Source: Basidiobolus meristosporus CBS 931.73
Lineage: Eukaryota; Fungi; Basidiobolomycota
Length of the DNA stretch: 64,000 bases
Reading direction: 5' to 3'
Assembly (NCBI GenBank): GCA_002104905.1
Contig: MCFE01000075.1
Span: forward strand, 62,001 to 126,000
Below the pieces are notes generated by a model. It did no database searches and was not told where the DNA came from. It was given only the letters and a program-made list of their open reading frames with translations. Positions 63,822 to 64,000 of this stretch are shown piece after piece. The position numbers and the translations under genes are program-made. Position 1 is the first letter of the stretch; every line of letters starts with the position of its first letter.

Positions 63822-64000
63822 ATGCCGTTCTGGTCTTGTCACTACATCATCAAGAGGGTCACTAATTCTAAGCTGTTGGTATTATGATGGACTCCAAACA
63901 GGATCCTAATGGCTGATCTGGATTGGATCCACCTGTGGGACCAAATTATTTTTCATAGGGTTTACTACAAAGAATGAACTGAAGAAGCTCAATGTCACAG

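Larger units (their letters stand above)
57108..63960 (+). mobile_element. Full-length CMC copy D (6853 bp including a 1070-bp solo LTR)
   Basis: TIRs TCCTATGAATATT and ATTTTTCATAGGG, 3-bp TSD TTT (57105-07, 63961-63), inserted in ORF2 of another copy of the same family. Confidence 0.88.

Noticed and set aside
1-64000. CRISPR array, rRNA, tRNA or prokaryotic operon
   Set aside because: There are no regularly spaced short repeats or RNA-gene signatures. All long repeats resolve into eukaryotic TE copies.

Overview
This 64-kb window is eukaryotic, probably fungal, and consists almost entirely of nested, mostly decayed transposable elements. I see no host gene, RNA gene or CRISPR array. The backbone is about 9 copies or fragments of one two-gene CMC (CACTA/EnSpm-type) DNA transposon of about 5.8 kb. 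It has CCCTATGAAAAAT TIRs, 3-bp TSDs, a Tnp2/DUF4218-like transposase and a divergent ~700-aa ORF of unknown function; copies 12244-18037 and 57108-63960 are full length. Interleaved with these are Ty1/copia elements, three Ty3/gypsy elements (one a 6.5-kb self-priming chromovirus), four solo-LTR families, a 296-bp MITE, and a 3.4-kb PIF/Harbinger-like transposon with an open transposase ORF. CpG-to-TpG/CpA decay is pervasive. The strongest leads are (1) an ~1-kb LTR family whose 4-bp target sites appear centred on CpG and (2) a fully open Harbinger-like transposase ORF with no CpG at all (all 24 Arg codons AGR) next to a CpG-rich, decaying partner gene. All calls come from reading motifs by eye; no database search was run, and boundaries marked approximate are estimates.
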